Shown: positions 9,844-19,532 of the stretch, piece by piece
Numbering within the stretch: the first letter of the stretch is position 1
Layout of the letters: every line of letters begins with the position of its first letter
DNA from: an uncultured delta proteobacterium
GTDB lineage: Bacteria > Desulfobacterota > Binatia > UBA9968
Length of the DNA: 64,000 bases
Direction: 5' to 3'
NCBI GenBank assembly: GCA_963771465.1
Contig: CAVYTU010000015.1
Span: forward strand, 448,001-512,000
The notes under the pieces: model-generated
The model's database searches: none
What the model was told of the DNA's origin: nothing
Seen by the model: the letters and a program-made list of their open reading frames with translations, nothing else
Program-made: the position numbers and the translations under genes

Positions 9844-10837
9844 GTGATCGCTCGAATTGCATTCGTCCTGTCGGTCCTGTCCGTCCTATATTCCTCCGCC
9901 CACGGCGCCACCCCCGAAGAGGACGCGCGCGCCGAAGGCGAAGTCGTCTTCTACAGCTCGCTCAACAATGAGCAGATCGTCACGCTGGTCGACGCTTTCA
10001 AGAAAAAATATCCGTTCATCAAGCCGTCTTTTTATCGCGGCACCAGCGAGCGCGTGTTGCAACGGGCGAACACGGAAGCGAAAGCCGGCCGCTTCGCGGT
10101 CGACGTCATGACGTCCGCCGGGTTTCAGGTGCAACTGATGAAGGATTCCGGACTCACCCAGCGCTTCGTGCCACCAGAAGGCGCGGCCTACGATGAAGGC
10201 TTCAAAGACGCCGATGGCCATTGGGTCAACGTCCACTCGCTGCTCAACTCCATGGCCTACAACACACAGCTGGTGAAACCGAATGACGCACCGAAGAAGT
10301 ACGAAGACCTGCTGGCGCCCCGTTGGAAAGGGCGCATCGGCGTCAATCTCCAAGACCCGGAGTGGTACGTCAGCCTGCAGCGCCGTTGGGGCAAGGACAA
10401 GGCGCGTAATTATCTAAAAACTCTCGCGGCCCAACAACCGGCCATACGCGATGGTCACAATATCACCGCGCAACTTTTGGCCGCCGGTGAATTTCACGCC
10501 GTTAGCAATACCTACGCGCACATCGCTGCGCGCATCAAGTCCCAAGGCGGGCCGGTGCAATTTGTTTTCGACGAACCGGTGATCACCTACGTTCATCCCA
10601 TCGTTTTGGCGAAAGGCGCGCCGCATCCCAATGCCGGCAAACTGCTGATCAGCTTTATTTTATCCGTTGAAGGCCAACGCATGCTGCGCGATCAAGGCCG
10701 AATCCCCGGTCATCGCGAAGTCGAGCCGCAAGTCTTTTCCTTGCGCAATGTGAAACTGCAGGCCAGCGATCCGCGATCAGGCGAAGGATTACGGGCCGGC
10801 GGGCGAAGAGATGCGTGCGATTTTCGGAACACGGTGA
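9844..10837 (+). CDS. Fe(III)/AfuA-type extracellular solute-binding protein (frameshift near 10775)
   Basis: Signal peptide; 'AEGEVVFYSS', 'DLLAPRWKG', 'APHPNAGKLLISF'; C-terminus continues in another frame as DQAKDYGPAGEEMRAIFGTR*. Confidence 0.85.
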
Positions 10838-10842
10838 TCCGC

Positions 10843-10878
10843 AACGGCTTGAACATTTTGCACGATTGGAACGAATTA
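10843..10878 (+). repeat. 9-nt-period degenerate tandem repeat
   Basis: AACGGCTTG AACATTTTG CACGATTGG AACGAATTA; related arrays at 16362-16424 and 17509-17579. Confidence 0.65.
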
Positions 10879-10901
10879 ATCAGCGCGAGGTTGCAACGAC
10901 G

Positions 10902-12790
10902 ATGAACTTATTTCCGAGCCAGCGAATCACCCCTCTTCCCGGCGGCTACATGGGCAAGATTTTGCGCGTCGATCTGACCACCGGCGAGTTGAAAGATGAA
11001 AATCTCCCCGAAGAACCGATCCTGAAAAAATTCATCGGCGGTCAAGCGCTCGCGCTTTACATTTTAATGAACGAGTTGCCACTCGACGCCACGCCTTTTG
11101 GTGCGGAAAACAAAGTGGTCATGATGACCGGCCCGTTGACCGGCAACGGCTTCACGCCCGGCGGCACTAAAATGACCGCGGTCTATTTGAGTCCACTCAC
11201 TAACAGGACACTCGGACGCGGCGCCACCAGCGGCTACTGGGGAACTTATCTCAAAGCCGCGGGCTACGACGGCATCATCGTTCAAGGCGCGTCGTTAAAA
11301 CCCGTCTACCTTTACATCAAGGACGGTAAGCCGGAGTTGCGCGACGGCGGCACAAAGTCTGGGGCCTCGGCACGCGCGACAGCGAAGATCGCTTGCGCGA
11401 AATCGTCGGCAACCGCGACGCCAGAGTTCTCTGCATCGGTCCGGCGGGTGAGAATTTAAATCGCGCCGCCATGCTCGCCAACGACTACAACCATTTCGCC
11501 GCCCACAGCGGCGGTGCCGTGCTCGGTTCGAAGAAATTGAAAGCCATCGTCGTCAGCGGCAGCCTGCGGCCGAGCTATCGCGATAAAACCAAGCTCGCCG
11601 ACGCCGGCCTGCGCTGGCGCAATGTCTTGCAGCAACACGACGTCAAGAAAAAGCAAACCAAATACGGCCACGGCGACGCCTGGGGCGCGCTGAATAATCT
11701 AAATTGGCGCAGCACCGACATTCAACCGGCGCATATCAAAGGCTTCGATCAAAACGACGTCGTGCTCCGTCCCTGTTTTCAATGCGCCCGCATGTGTCCC
11801 TGGGACGCCAAGCTTGGCGAGGGCGAGTTCAAAGGCACCGTGGTTCACTTCAACGCCGGCGGCGAATGGCTCGATACTTTTTTTAACCTCGGCATCAAAG
11901 GCAACGCCGTGCTTTACCTCGCCGAGAAGATCAATAATCTTGGCATCGAGTGCAGCCACTTTTCCTGCGGCGCCGGCGTGGCATTTGAAGCGTGGGAGAA
12001 AGGCCTGCTCGGACCGGACCGTACTAACGGCTTGAAGCTCGAATGGGGCAACGTCGAAGCTGTAGAAAAATTGCTCGACATGGCTGCTCACCGCGAAGGT
12101 TGGCTCGGCAACTTGCTCGCCGAAGGGCCCAAGCAATTGGCCGAAGCGCTCGGCGGCGACGCGCCCAACTGGGCGGTACACACCAAAGGCGGCACGCCGG
12201 CAATGCACGAGTGGCGCCCGCTGCTCGGCCAAATGCTGCGGGAACTGGTCGCCAGCGGCGGCATGAAGCCACAAGGCGGCGGTTCGAAAAATCCGCCGCC
12301 GGATTTACGCGGCAACGAAAAATGGGGACCGCTCGAAATGGACAGCCCCGAAGGCTGGGTGTGGTCCCATGTGTTGTCGGAGCAATACCGGCAATTCACC
12401 GGCATCTTCGGCGGCTGCTGGTTCGCCCAGGAAGCACACAAAAAGGACGGTTTGAATTCCATCGTCGACGCCTTCAACGCCATCACCGGTTGGAATTTTT
12501 CCATGGACGAAGCGCTCGCGGCCGGCCATCGTAGCATGATCCTGCAAAGCCTTTTTGGCACCCAGCGCGGCTGGATCGCCGACTTCGACTGGCAAGACGT
12601 CGGCCCCAGATTTTTAGAACCGATCCCCGACGGCAAGTACAAAGGATTTACCATCGCCAAGTGGCTGCCGGATATGATCTGGGAATATTACAAACTGTCC
12701 GGCCGGCACGAGCGCACGGGAAGGCCGTTCAAGGACACATTGGAGAAACTCGATTTGCTAGAATTCGCCGAGTGGAGCCAGCTGGACTAG
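10902..12790 (+). CDS. Aldehyde:ferredoxin oxidoreductase (AOR/WOR) family large subunit, paralog 1 (frameshift near 11350)
   Basis: GYMGKILRVDLT, LKAAGYDG, IGPAGEN, GAVLGSKKLKA, CFQCARMC, GGCWF; split across ORFs 10815-11459 and 11393-12790. Confidence 0.92.
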
Positions 12791-12810
12791 AACTGTAACC
12801 GTAGGGTTGA

Positions 12811-13539
12811 CTAAGGTAATTCTTCCAACAACCGGCTCGCGCCCTTCAACGGATTCTTCACTCGCAGCAGCTTCTGCACGTACCAGATTCTTGCGGCGAC
12901 GGGATGAACTACGGGAATCCCGAGATCGTTTTCCGCCGTGAGGATGTCTTTCACTCCCCAAGCGCCGGAACCGAGCAAATAAATTCCCTGTGCGGTCGGG
13001 TGTTTGTTGAACGAGGCTTTCAAATGCTGATAGATCGTTTCCGCGGAGATCTTGCCGGCTTCGTCCGGCGAGGTGTCCATGCCTTCCATGCCAAGCACTT
13101 CAAAGCCGGCGTCGGTGAAATAGCGGGTAAAAATATCGTTCATCTTCTGATCACGATAGTAGGTACAGCCGACAAATTTCTTGATACCCAGCGCGCGCAA
13201 CGCTTCGGCCTGTGACATGCCGGAAGTGAAGATAGGAATTTTGTACTTCGCTTCCCAAGCATTGACGATTTCCTGCTCGGCCTTGTGACCGCGCACCATG
13301 AACGGCGGCCCGCCTTCCGGATGCATGAGATCGACGCCGATCTCCGCCAACTCCGCGACCTTGGCATGATAGGTTTCCATCGCGCCGAGATAGCCGCGCT
13401 CCGAATGTTCCTTGATCCCTGCGTACATCGGAATGCAACCGACGCCTTCAGGCAAAAGCCGAATGAACTCCACCAACGATCCCGAGCCATACGTCGGTTT
13501 AATCACGCCAACAATTCCTCGCCAGGTTCCGGAAGCCAT
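12811..13539 (-). CDS. Maleate isomerase/arylmalonate decarboxylase (Asp/Glu racemase superfamily)-like protein
   Basis: 'VGVIKPT', 'LLPEGVG', 'ALRALGIKK', 'YFTDAGFEV', 'ENDLGIPVV'. Confidence 0.8.
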   Translation of the reverse strand: MASGTWRGIVGVIKPTYGSGSLVEFIRLLPEGVGCIPMYAGIKEHSERGYLGAMETYHAKVAELAEIGVDLMHPEGGPPFMVRGHKAEQEIVNAWEAKYKIPIFTSGMSQAEALRALGIKKFVGCTYYRDQKMNDIFTRYFTDAGFEVLGMEGMDTSPDEAGKISAETIYQHLKASFNKHPTAQGIYLLGSGAWGVKDILTAENDLGIPVVHPVAARIWYVQKLLRVKNPLKGASRLLEELP

Positions 13540-13734
13540 ATGATCGCTCCTTTCCTGCCCGTTTATTGAATTGATTTATGCTAGTCGGAACACGCAATAA
13601 AAAACAAGAGCTCATCGTCCGACGCGATCATCCATCGTCAACCTCGATCCTCGATCCAAATATCGCGCCATTTAGTTGACGTCGGTAAAAGTTAAGTGGT
13701 ACACCCACGCTGAAAGTTCCTCGAAAGGACCGGC

Positions 13735-14541
13735 ATGGCCAACAACCCAACGGACACATTGACACGAGAATACGGCAATCTGGTTCCCATCGCTCGGCTG
13801 CTCGACGGCAAGCCGCGCAGCATTCTGTTCGACGCGACCAAGTGCATCGGCTGCCGCCATTGCGTGCAAGCCTGCAAAGACTGGAATGACCACGACCGCA
13901 CCAGCCTCTATGAACTCTCCAGCACCAACTGGATCACCATGGAGCCGCCGGTGCTCGAAGGCATGGCGCCGCTATGGGCGAGAAATAGTTGCATGCATTG
14001 TAACTTCGCCGCCTGCGCCGCGGTCTGTCCAGTGGAAGCGATCACCAAATACGAAGAAGGCCCCGTGGTCATTAACAAAGAGGTTTGCATCGGTTGCGAG
14101 TACTGTATCCACGCCTGCCCCTGGGAAGTGATCACCAAAGACCACATCACCGGCAAGGCGAGCAAATGCACCATGTGCAGCGACCGCATCAGTGAGGACA
14201 AGCAGCCCTTCTGCGTCCAGGCCTGTCCGGTGAACGCCCTGGACTTCGGACTGTCGGAAGAAATTTTCGACAAAGCCCAAAAGCAGGCCGAAGCGGTCGG
14301 CGGTTATATCTACGGCGACAAGGAAGCGGGCGGCGGCAGCGTCGTCTACGTGCTTAAAGACAGCAAAGAGAAATACGGTATCCGCAATATCAGCGGCGAA
14401 AAGTTTCCCAAGCATAAAATCCCGCTCGGCCTGATGCTCAAAGATCTTTTCACGCCGCGCTGCGGCATCGCCGGCAAAATGCGCGCACTCTGGCTCGCGG
14501 TCACCCATCCGAAGCGGCTGATCTACCGCTACTTCTCGTAA
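13735..14541 (+). CDS. 4x[4Fe-4S] electron-transfer subunit (FdnH/HybA/AorA type)
   Basis: CIGCRHCVQAC, CMHCNFAACAAVCP, CIGCEYCIHACP, CTMC...CVQACP; 'YGDKEAGG'. Confidence 0.92.
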   Translation: MANNPTDTLTREYGNLVPIARLLDGKPRSILFDATKCIGCRHCVQACKDWNDHDRTSLYELSSTNWITMEPPVLEGMAPLWARNSCMHCNFAACAAVCPVEAITKYEEGPVVINKEVCIGCEYCIHACPWEVITKDHITGKASKCTMCSDRISEDKQPFCVQACPVNALDFGLSEEIFDKAQKQAEAVGGYIYGDKEAGGGSVVYVLKDSKEKYGIRNISGEKFPKHKIPLGLMLKDLFTPRCGIAGKMRALWLAVTHPKRLIYRYFS

Positions 14542-14592
14542 TCCGCGACGATTCATCGATGCCCAGCCTGTGTTACTACAATTTTCCTAATC

Positions 14593-14621
14593 CGTCATTG
14601 CGGCGAAAGCCGGAATCCAGG
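14593..14621 (+). repeat. Short palindromic element of the GTCATT..GCGAAAGC.GGAATCCAG type
   Basis: CGTCATTGCGGCGAAAGCCGGAATCCAGG forms a GAAA-tetraloop hairpin. Confidence 0.6.
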
Positions 14622-14655
14622 CGCAGCTCGATCTGGATCGCCCCCGTCAGTTGCG

Positions 14656-15619
14656 GTGCTAACGCTTGCGTTCAGCAATGTCGCCCACGCCGAAAAAATC
14701 CGTACCTCGATCCCGCAGGCCAATTTAAATTATCTTTCCATCCACGTCGCCGACGCCCGCGGCTTCTTCAAAGACGAAGGACTCGACAACGAAACGGTGG
14801 TCATCTCCGGACCGTTGTCGATCGCCGCTTTGCTCAGCGGCGACGTTGATTTCAGCGGCGCCGGCGGCAGCGGCATGCGCGCCGCGCTCAAGGGCGCACC
14901 GCTGAAAGGTATCTATTTTCAGTCGGAAAAAGTTACGTTCTACTTGGTCGACCGATCCGAGCATCAAAACCGCCGCCGATCTGAAAGGCAAGAAAGTCGC
15001 CATCGGCAGTGCCGGCGATACCCAAGACCGCATGATCACCATGTTCGCCGAGCGCGGCGGCGTGAGCAGCCGGGATATTGTTCGCATCGCCGTCGGCGCC
15101 GATACAGCGACGAGAATTCTCGCGATCAAATCCGGCAACGTCCACGCCACCACGGTGGATCCTGGCGGGCTGGTCTTCGCGCAGAAAGAAGGTCTGGTAT
15201 CGCTCGGATTTCTCGGTGACTTGTTTCCTATGCCGTTTCAAGGTTTCGTCACCACAGACAGAAAAATTCGTGACAATCCGGCGCAGATCAAGCGATGGCT
15301 TAAAGCGGCGATTCGCGGTTTGATGTTTGTCCGCGAGCGACCCGAAGACGCGGTCGATCTCGGTATCAAGAAACTTCAGCTCGGCAAAGCCTCCCGGGCG
15401 ATGATCGTCGAGGGCACGAAGAACTACGTGCGCGCATTGCCGCAGGGAGTGCCGGGACTGCCGACACCCGAAGGCGTGAAAAATTTCCTCGAATACGATA
15501 TTAAGATTCCTCTGCAAATAAAAGACGACATCCCGTCCGACCGTTTGCTAAACTTGCAACTGGTCGAAGAGGTGAAGAAAGAGCTGGAAGCCACACAACA
15601 AAGGAGAAACACGAAATGA
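14656..15619 (+). CDS. NMT1/SsuA-like ABC substrate-binding protein (frameshift near 14952; start uncertain)
   Basis: 'GFFKDEGLD', 'ALLSGDVDF', then 'DLKGKKVAIGS' in the second frame. Confidence 0.82.
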
Positions 15620-16344
15620 CGTCGGAACAAGATTTACGCGATCAACTGGCAACCTGCACGCGCATTTTTGCCATGCAGGGGATGATCGGCGTATTCGGCC
15701 ATGTGAGCGTATATCAGCCCGAAAGGAAGACGGTCTTGATCACACCGGGCATGGGCTCCCACAAAGGCAAACTTCAAGGCAAAGACATGGTCGCTACGGA
15801 CCTTGACGGCAAACAGCGCCGCGGCACGGAAGGCCCGCCGGTGGAGTGGCCGATCCACACCGCGCTGCACGGCGCGCGCGCTGACGCGCTCGCTGTGGCC
15901 CACTTGCATACACCCTATGCGACGCTGTTCTCCATCGCCAAAAGAGAATTCAAGCCGGTAACGCTCCAAGGCGCGATTTTTAGCGACGGCGTGCCGCTTT
16001 ATCCAGAAGCGCAATTAATCACCAATCCAGAACGCGGCGATGCACTGTTGAAGTCGATCGGCGACAAACGCGCCGTGCTGCTGCGCGGCCATGGCATCGT
16101 CGTCGTTGGCCAAACTCTACCGGAAGTTCTCTTTGCATCGTTGGTCTTGGAGGACGACGCGAAGAAGACCTTGCAAGCCGCGACCCTCGGCGAAGTCGGC
16201 ACCATCAGCCCGGATGAATGTAAAGCCTTCGGTGCCGAGATCGCCCTAGAGCGCCGCGCCCAGCGCGCCTGGAACTATTTTTGTGGCCTGGAATCCCAGT
16301 GGGATAAGCAAGCCTCCACCGGGCGGAGCGAACTGTTTCCATGA
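15616..16344 (+). CDS. Class II aldolase/adducin-family protein
   Basis: 'GHVSV', 'EWPIH', 'AHLHTPY', 'LLRGHG'. Confidence 0.9.
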   Translation: MTSEQDLRDQLATCTRIFAMQGMIGVFGHVSVYQPERKTVLITPGMGSHKGKLQGKDMVATDLDGKQRRGTEGPPVEWPIHTALHGARADALAVAHLHTPYATLFSIAKREFKPVTLQGAIFSDGVPLYPEAQLITNPERGDALLKSIGDKRAVLLRGHGIVVVGQTLPEVLFASLVLEDDAKKTLQAATLGEVGTISPDECKAFGAEIALERRAQRAWNYFCGLESQWDKQASTGRSELFP

Positions 16345-16361
16345 ACCGGAGAAATTCCGTA

Positions 16362-16424
16362 CAAAACATTCAAAACGTTGGAACCTCCGAAAACGGTTGA
16401 ACGATTTGAACGGCTTGAACGAAC
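16362..16424 (+). repeat. 9-nt-period TTGAAC repeat array
   Basis: AACGGTTGAACGATTTGAACGGCTTGAACGAAC just before the RBS of the gene at 16435. Confidence 0.7.
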
Positions 16425-16434
16425 GGGAGGTTTT

Positions 16435-17490
16435 ATGAGCGAAGGAGTAAGACTCTACGCCGGCACCCAACATGGATTGATCACCTGGCGCTCGACCAAT
16501 AGCGGTTGGCAAGAAGTCGCGCGTCATTTTGACGACGGCATCATCGATTCGATCCACGGCTGCAAGCAGTCGCCGGAAATAGTTTTCATCGGCGTTACTC
16601 ACGACGGACTTTATCGAACGGCTGATGGCGGCAAGAGCTGGATAAAAGTATTCGACGGCGATATTCGCTCGGTGACTGTCGATCCGACGGACGACAAAGT
16701 CATTTACACCGGCATCGAACCGGTGGGATTGTTTCGCAGTGATGATGGCGGCGACAGCTGGCAGGAAATTGCCGCATTGAAAAAGCTGCCGCAATCGGTG
16801 CGCAAAAACTGGTGGTATCCGCAGGCACCGCATCATGGCCACGTGCGTAACATTCATATCCATCCCGATGACCCGCAAACGATTTACTTATGCCTCGAAC
16901 ATGGCGGCATCGTGCGCAGCTTCGACCGCGGCACGAGTTGGGAAGATGTCAGTAAAGGCATCGACTATCTCGACATCCACGTGATCGCAAACTTTCCCGC
17001 TCGCACCGATCGCTACTACGTCGCCAGCGCCCGCGGCTTCTTCACCAGCGACCAACCCGAAGACGGCTGGGTGCGCGCCGAGAACGGCATGACGCGGGAC
17101 TATTTTCACGATTTTCTCTTTCTCGATCCGCGGCGCGACGGCGACCAAGCGACCATGCTGATCGCCACGGCCGACGGCTCGCCGGGCTTCTGGCGCAGAG
17201 AAAATCGCGGCGCACGGGGGGCGATCTTCAAGAGCACCGACGGCGCCGAATCGTGGAAAAGAATCACCAACGGCCTCGCCGACGATCTCGACTCGATGAT
17301 CTGGGCGCTGGTGCATCATCCGACCGATCACGAGTCGGTTTTCGCAGGCTTCGGCAACGTCGCCCGCGGCCACGCCTCAGGCGCCGGCGGCGCCGGCGAT
17401 CTAATGATCAGCCGCGACATGGGTGATAGCTGGGAGCGTTTGGATATCGAGCTACCAGCCGATCGAGTGTTGTGGGCAGCGGCGGAGTGA
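16435..17490 (+). CDS. Cytoplasmic Asp-box (BNR) beta-propeller protein
   Basis: Repeats RTADGGKSW, RSDDGGDSW, RSFDRGTSW, KSTDGAESW, ISRDMGDSW; GGAGG RBS before ATG 16435. Confidence 0.85.
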   Translation: MSEGVRLYAGTQHGLITWRSTNSGWQEVARHFDDGIIDSIHGCKQSPEIVFIGVTHDGLYRTADGGKSWIKVFDGDIRSVTVDPTDDKVIYTGIEPVGLFRSDDGGDSWQEIAALKKLPQSVRKNWWYPQAPHHGHVRNIHIHPDDPQTIYLCLEHGGIVRSFDRGTSWEDVSKGIDYLDIHVIANFPARTDRYYVASARGFFTSDQPEDGWVRAENGMTRDYFHDFLFLDPRRDGDQATMLIATADGSPGFWRRENRGARGAIFKSTDGAESWKRITNGLADDLDSMIWALVHHPTDHESVFAGFGNVARGHASGAGGAGDLMISRDMGDSWERLDIELPADRVLWAAAE

Positions 17491-17508
17491 GCGAACCCCT
17501 GGCGTTGG

Positions 17509-17579
17509 CGTTCAAAACGTTCAAGTCGTTCAAATAGTTCAAAACGTTTTGAACTGAAGGTATTGAACGGCTTGAACGA
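17509..17579. repeat. 9-nt-period GTTCAA / TTGAAC inverted array
   Basis: CGTTCAAAA CGTTCAAGT CGTTCAAAT AGTTCAAAA followed by TTGAAC...TTGAACGGCTTGAACG. Confidence 0.75.
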
Positions 17580-17599
17580 AAAATGATTGAGGCTCGGTG

Positions 17600-19516
17600 A
17601 TGTCAAATAATTCAAATCCGGACTACAAGAATTTCTTTCCAAGCGCGCGCACAACGCGTTTGCCCGGCGGTTACATGGGGAAAATCCTGCGCGTCGACAT
17701 GACGACGGGAAAATTCACCGATTTGAATCTCCCTGAAGAGCCGCTGCTGCGAAAATATTGGGGCGGCCAGCTTTTCGCCGAATACGTGCTGCTGAACGAA
17801 TTACCATTCGACATCGATCCCTACGATGCCAAAAACGTGATCGTCGGCATGACCGGGCCGATCACCGGCACCGGCTTCACTCCCGGCGGCACGAAAATGT
17901 GTTTCGTTTACTTAAGCCCGGCGACGAAATACACCCTCGGTCGCGGCGCCACCAGCGGCTATTTCGGTACGTCGCTCAAAGCCGCCGGCTACGACGGCGT
18001 GATCGTCACCGGCGCGGCGCAATCGCCCAAGTATCTTTATATCGGCGAAGACAAAGTCGAGTTGCGCGACGCCAGCATAGTTTGGGGCAAAGGCATCCGC
18101 GATACGGAGGATACACTGCGCAAAGAATCCGGCCATCTCGATGCGCGCGTCGGCGCCATCGGTCCGGCAGGTGAAAATCTGATTCGCGCCGCGATGCTCG
18201 TGAACGACTACAACCACACCGCGGCACATGGTTTGGGCGCCGTGATGGGCTCGAAAAAACTCAAAGCCTTCGTCACCTGGGGCACTAGGCGGCCGCGCTT
18301 GCACGACAAGCATCGCTTGATCGACGCCGGCGCGCGCTGGGCCAAAGCGATTTCGTCGCGTAAAACCACGGTCAAAAAGAGATTGACCAGCGTCGGCCAT
18401 GGCGAAGACTGGGGCGCGATTACCAAATTGAATTGGCGCAGCACGATCATCACCGACGAGGCCAAAGGGTTGGATCAAAACCGCGTCACGCTGCGTCCCT
18501 GCTTCCAATGCCCGCGCATGTGTCCCTGGGATGTCGAGATCGGCGAAGGCCGCTTCAAAGGCAAGGTCGGCCACTTCAACGCCGGCAGCGAGTGGATGGA
18601 CACTTTTTACAATCTCGGTTTCAAAGGCAACGACGTGCTTTATTTGTCCGAGCGTATCAACGATCTCGGCATCGAGTGCAGCCACTTCGCCTGCGGCGCC
18701 GGGCTCGCGTTCGAAGCCTGGGAGAAAGGTGTGCTCGGCCCCGACAGGACGGACGGATTAAAATTGGAATGGGGCAATATGGAAGCCGTCGAAGCTTTAT
18801 TGGAACGCTGCGCCCGGCGCGAAACCTGGCTCGGCAATATTCTTGCCGACGGCCCCAAAGAATTGGCGGAAGAATTGGGCGGTGAAGCAAAAAAATGGGT
18901 CGTACACACCAAGGGCGGCACGCCGGCGCAGCACGAGTGGCGGCCAATGCTCAGTCAAATGCTCCGCGAGCTGGTCGCCAGCGGCGGCATGAAGCCGCAA
19001 GGCGCCGGCGGCACCGAACCGCCCGCAGATTTGCGTTACCGTGAAAAATGGGGCCCGCTCGATCCGAATCAGCCCGATGGTTGGACTAGCTCGCATTTAA
19101 TCACCGAGCAGGTTCGTCAAGCGTGCGGCGTCATGGGCGGCTGCTGGTTCGCGCTCAACGACAAACCGCCCGACGGCGTGCAGAGCATGCTCGACGCGCT
19201 CAATGCGACGACGGGTTGGGACGTCACACTAGACGAATTAGTCGACACCGGCCACCGCGCGATTATTTTGCAAAGCGTCTTCGGCACCCAACGCGGCTGG
19301 ATCGCCGAACATGACTGGCAAGATGTTGGCCCGCGTTTCTTGGAACCGATTCCCGACGGCAAATACCAAGGTTTTACCATCGCCAAGTGGCTGCCGGAAC
19401 TTGTTTACGAATATTATAAAATCTCCGGCCGCCACGAACACAGCGGCCGACCGTTCATGGACACGCTACAAAAGTTGGGACTCGAAGAATTCAAAGAGTG
19501 GGGCCAGTTGGATTGA
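17600..19516 (+). CDS. Aldehyde:ferredoxin oxidoreductase (AOR/WOR) family large subunit, paralog 2
   Basis: GYMGKILRVDMT, LKAAGYDG, IGPAGEN, GAVMGSKKLKA, CFQCPRMC, GGCWF. Confidence 0.94.
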   Translation: MSNNSNPDYKNFFPSARTTRLPGGYMGKILRVDMTTGKFTDLNLPEEPLLRKYWGGQLFAEYVLLNELPFDIDPYDAKNVIVGMTGPITGTGFTPGGTKMCFVYLSPATKYTLGRGATSGYFGTSLKAAGYDGVIVTGAAQSPKYLYIGEDKVELRDASIVWGKGIRDTEDTLRKESGHLDARVGAIGPAGENLIRAAMLVNDYNHTAAHGLGAVMGSKKLKAFVTWGTRRPRLHDKHRLIDAGARWAKAISSRKTTVKKRLTSVGHGEDWGAITKLNWRSTIITDEAKGLDQNRVTLRPCFQCPRMCPWDVEIGEGRFKGKVGHFNAGSEWMDTFYNLGFKGNDVLYLSERINDLGIECSHFACGAGLAFEAWEKGVLGPDRTDGLKLEWGNMEAVEALLERCARRETWLGNILADGPKELAEELGGEAKKWVVHTKGGTPAQHEWRPMLSQMLRELVASGGMKPQGAGGTEPPADLRYREKWGPLDPNQPDGWTSSHLITEQVRQACGVMGGCWFALNDKPPDGVQSMLDALNATTGWDVTLDELVDTGHRAIILQSVFGTQRGWIAEHDWQDVGPRFLEPIPDGKYQGFTIAKWLPELVYEYYKISGRHEHSGRPFMDTLQKLGLEEFKEWGQLD

Positions 19517-19532
19517 TGTGATTTACGAGGTT

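Noticed and set aside
13640-13660. CCTCGAT heptamer doublet
   Set aside because: Only two clean units; too short to support a feature
17509-17579. CRISPR array
   Set aside because: Units are 9 nt with no unique spacers, and there are no cas genes
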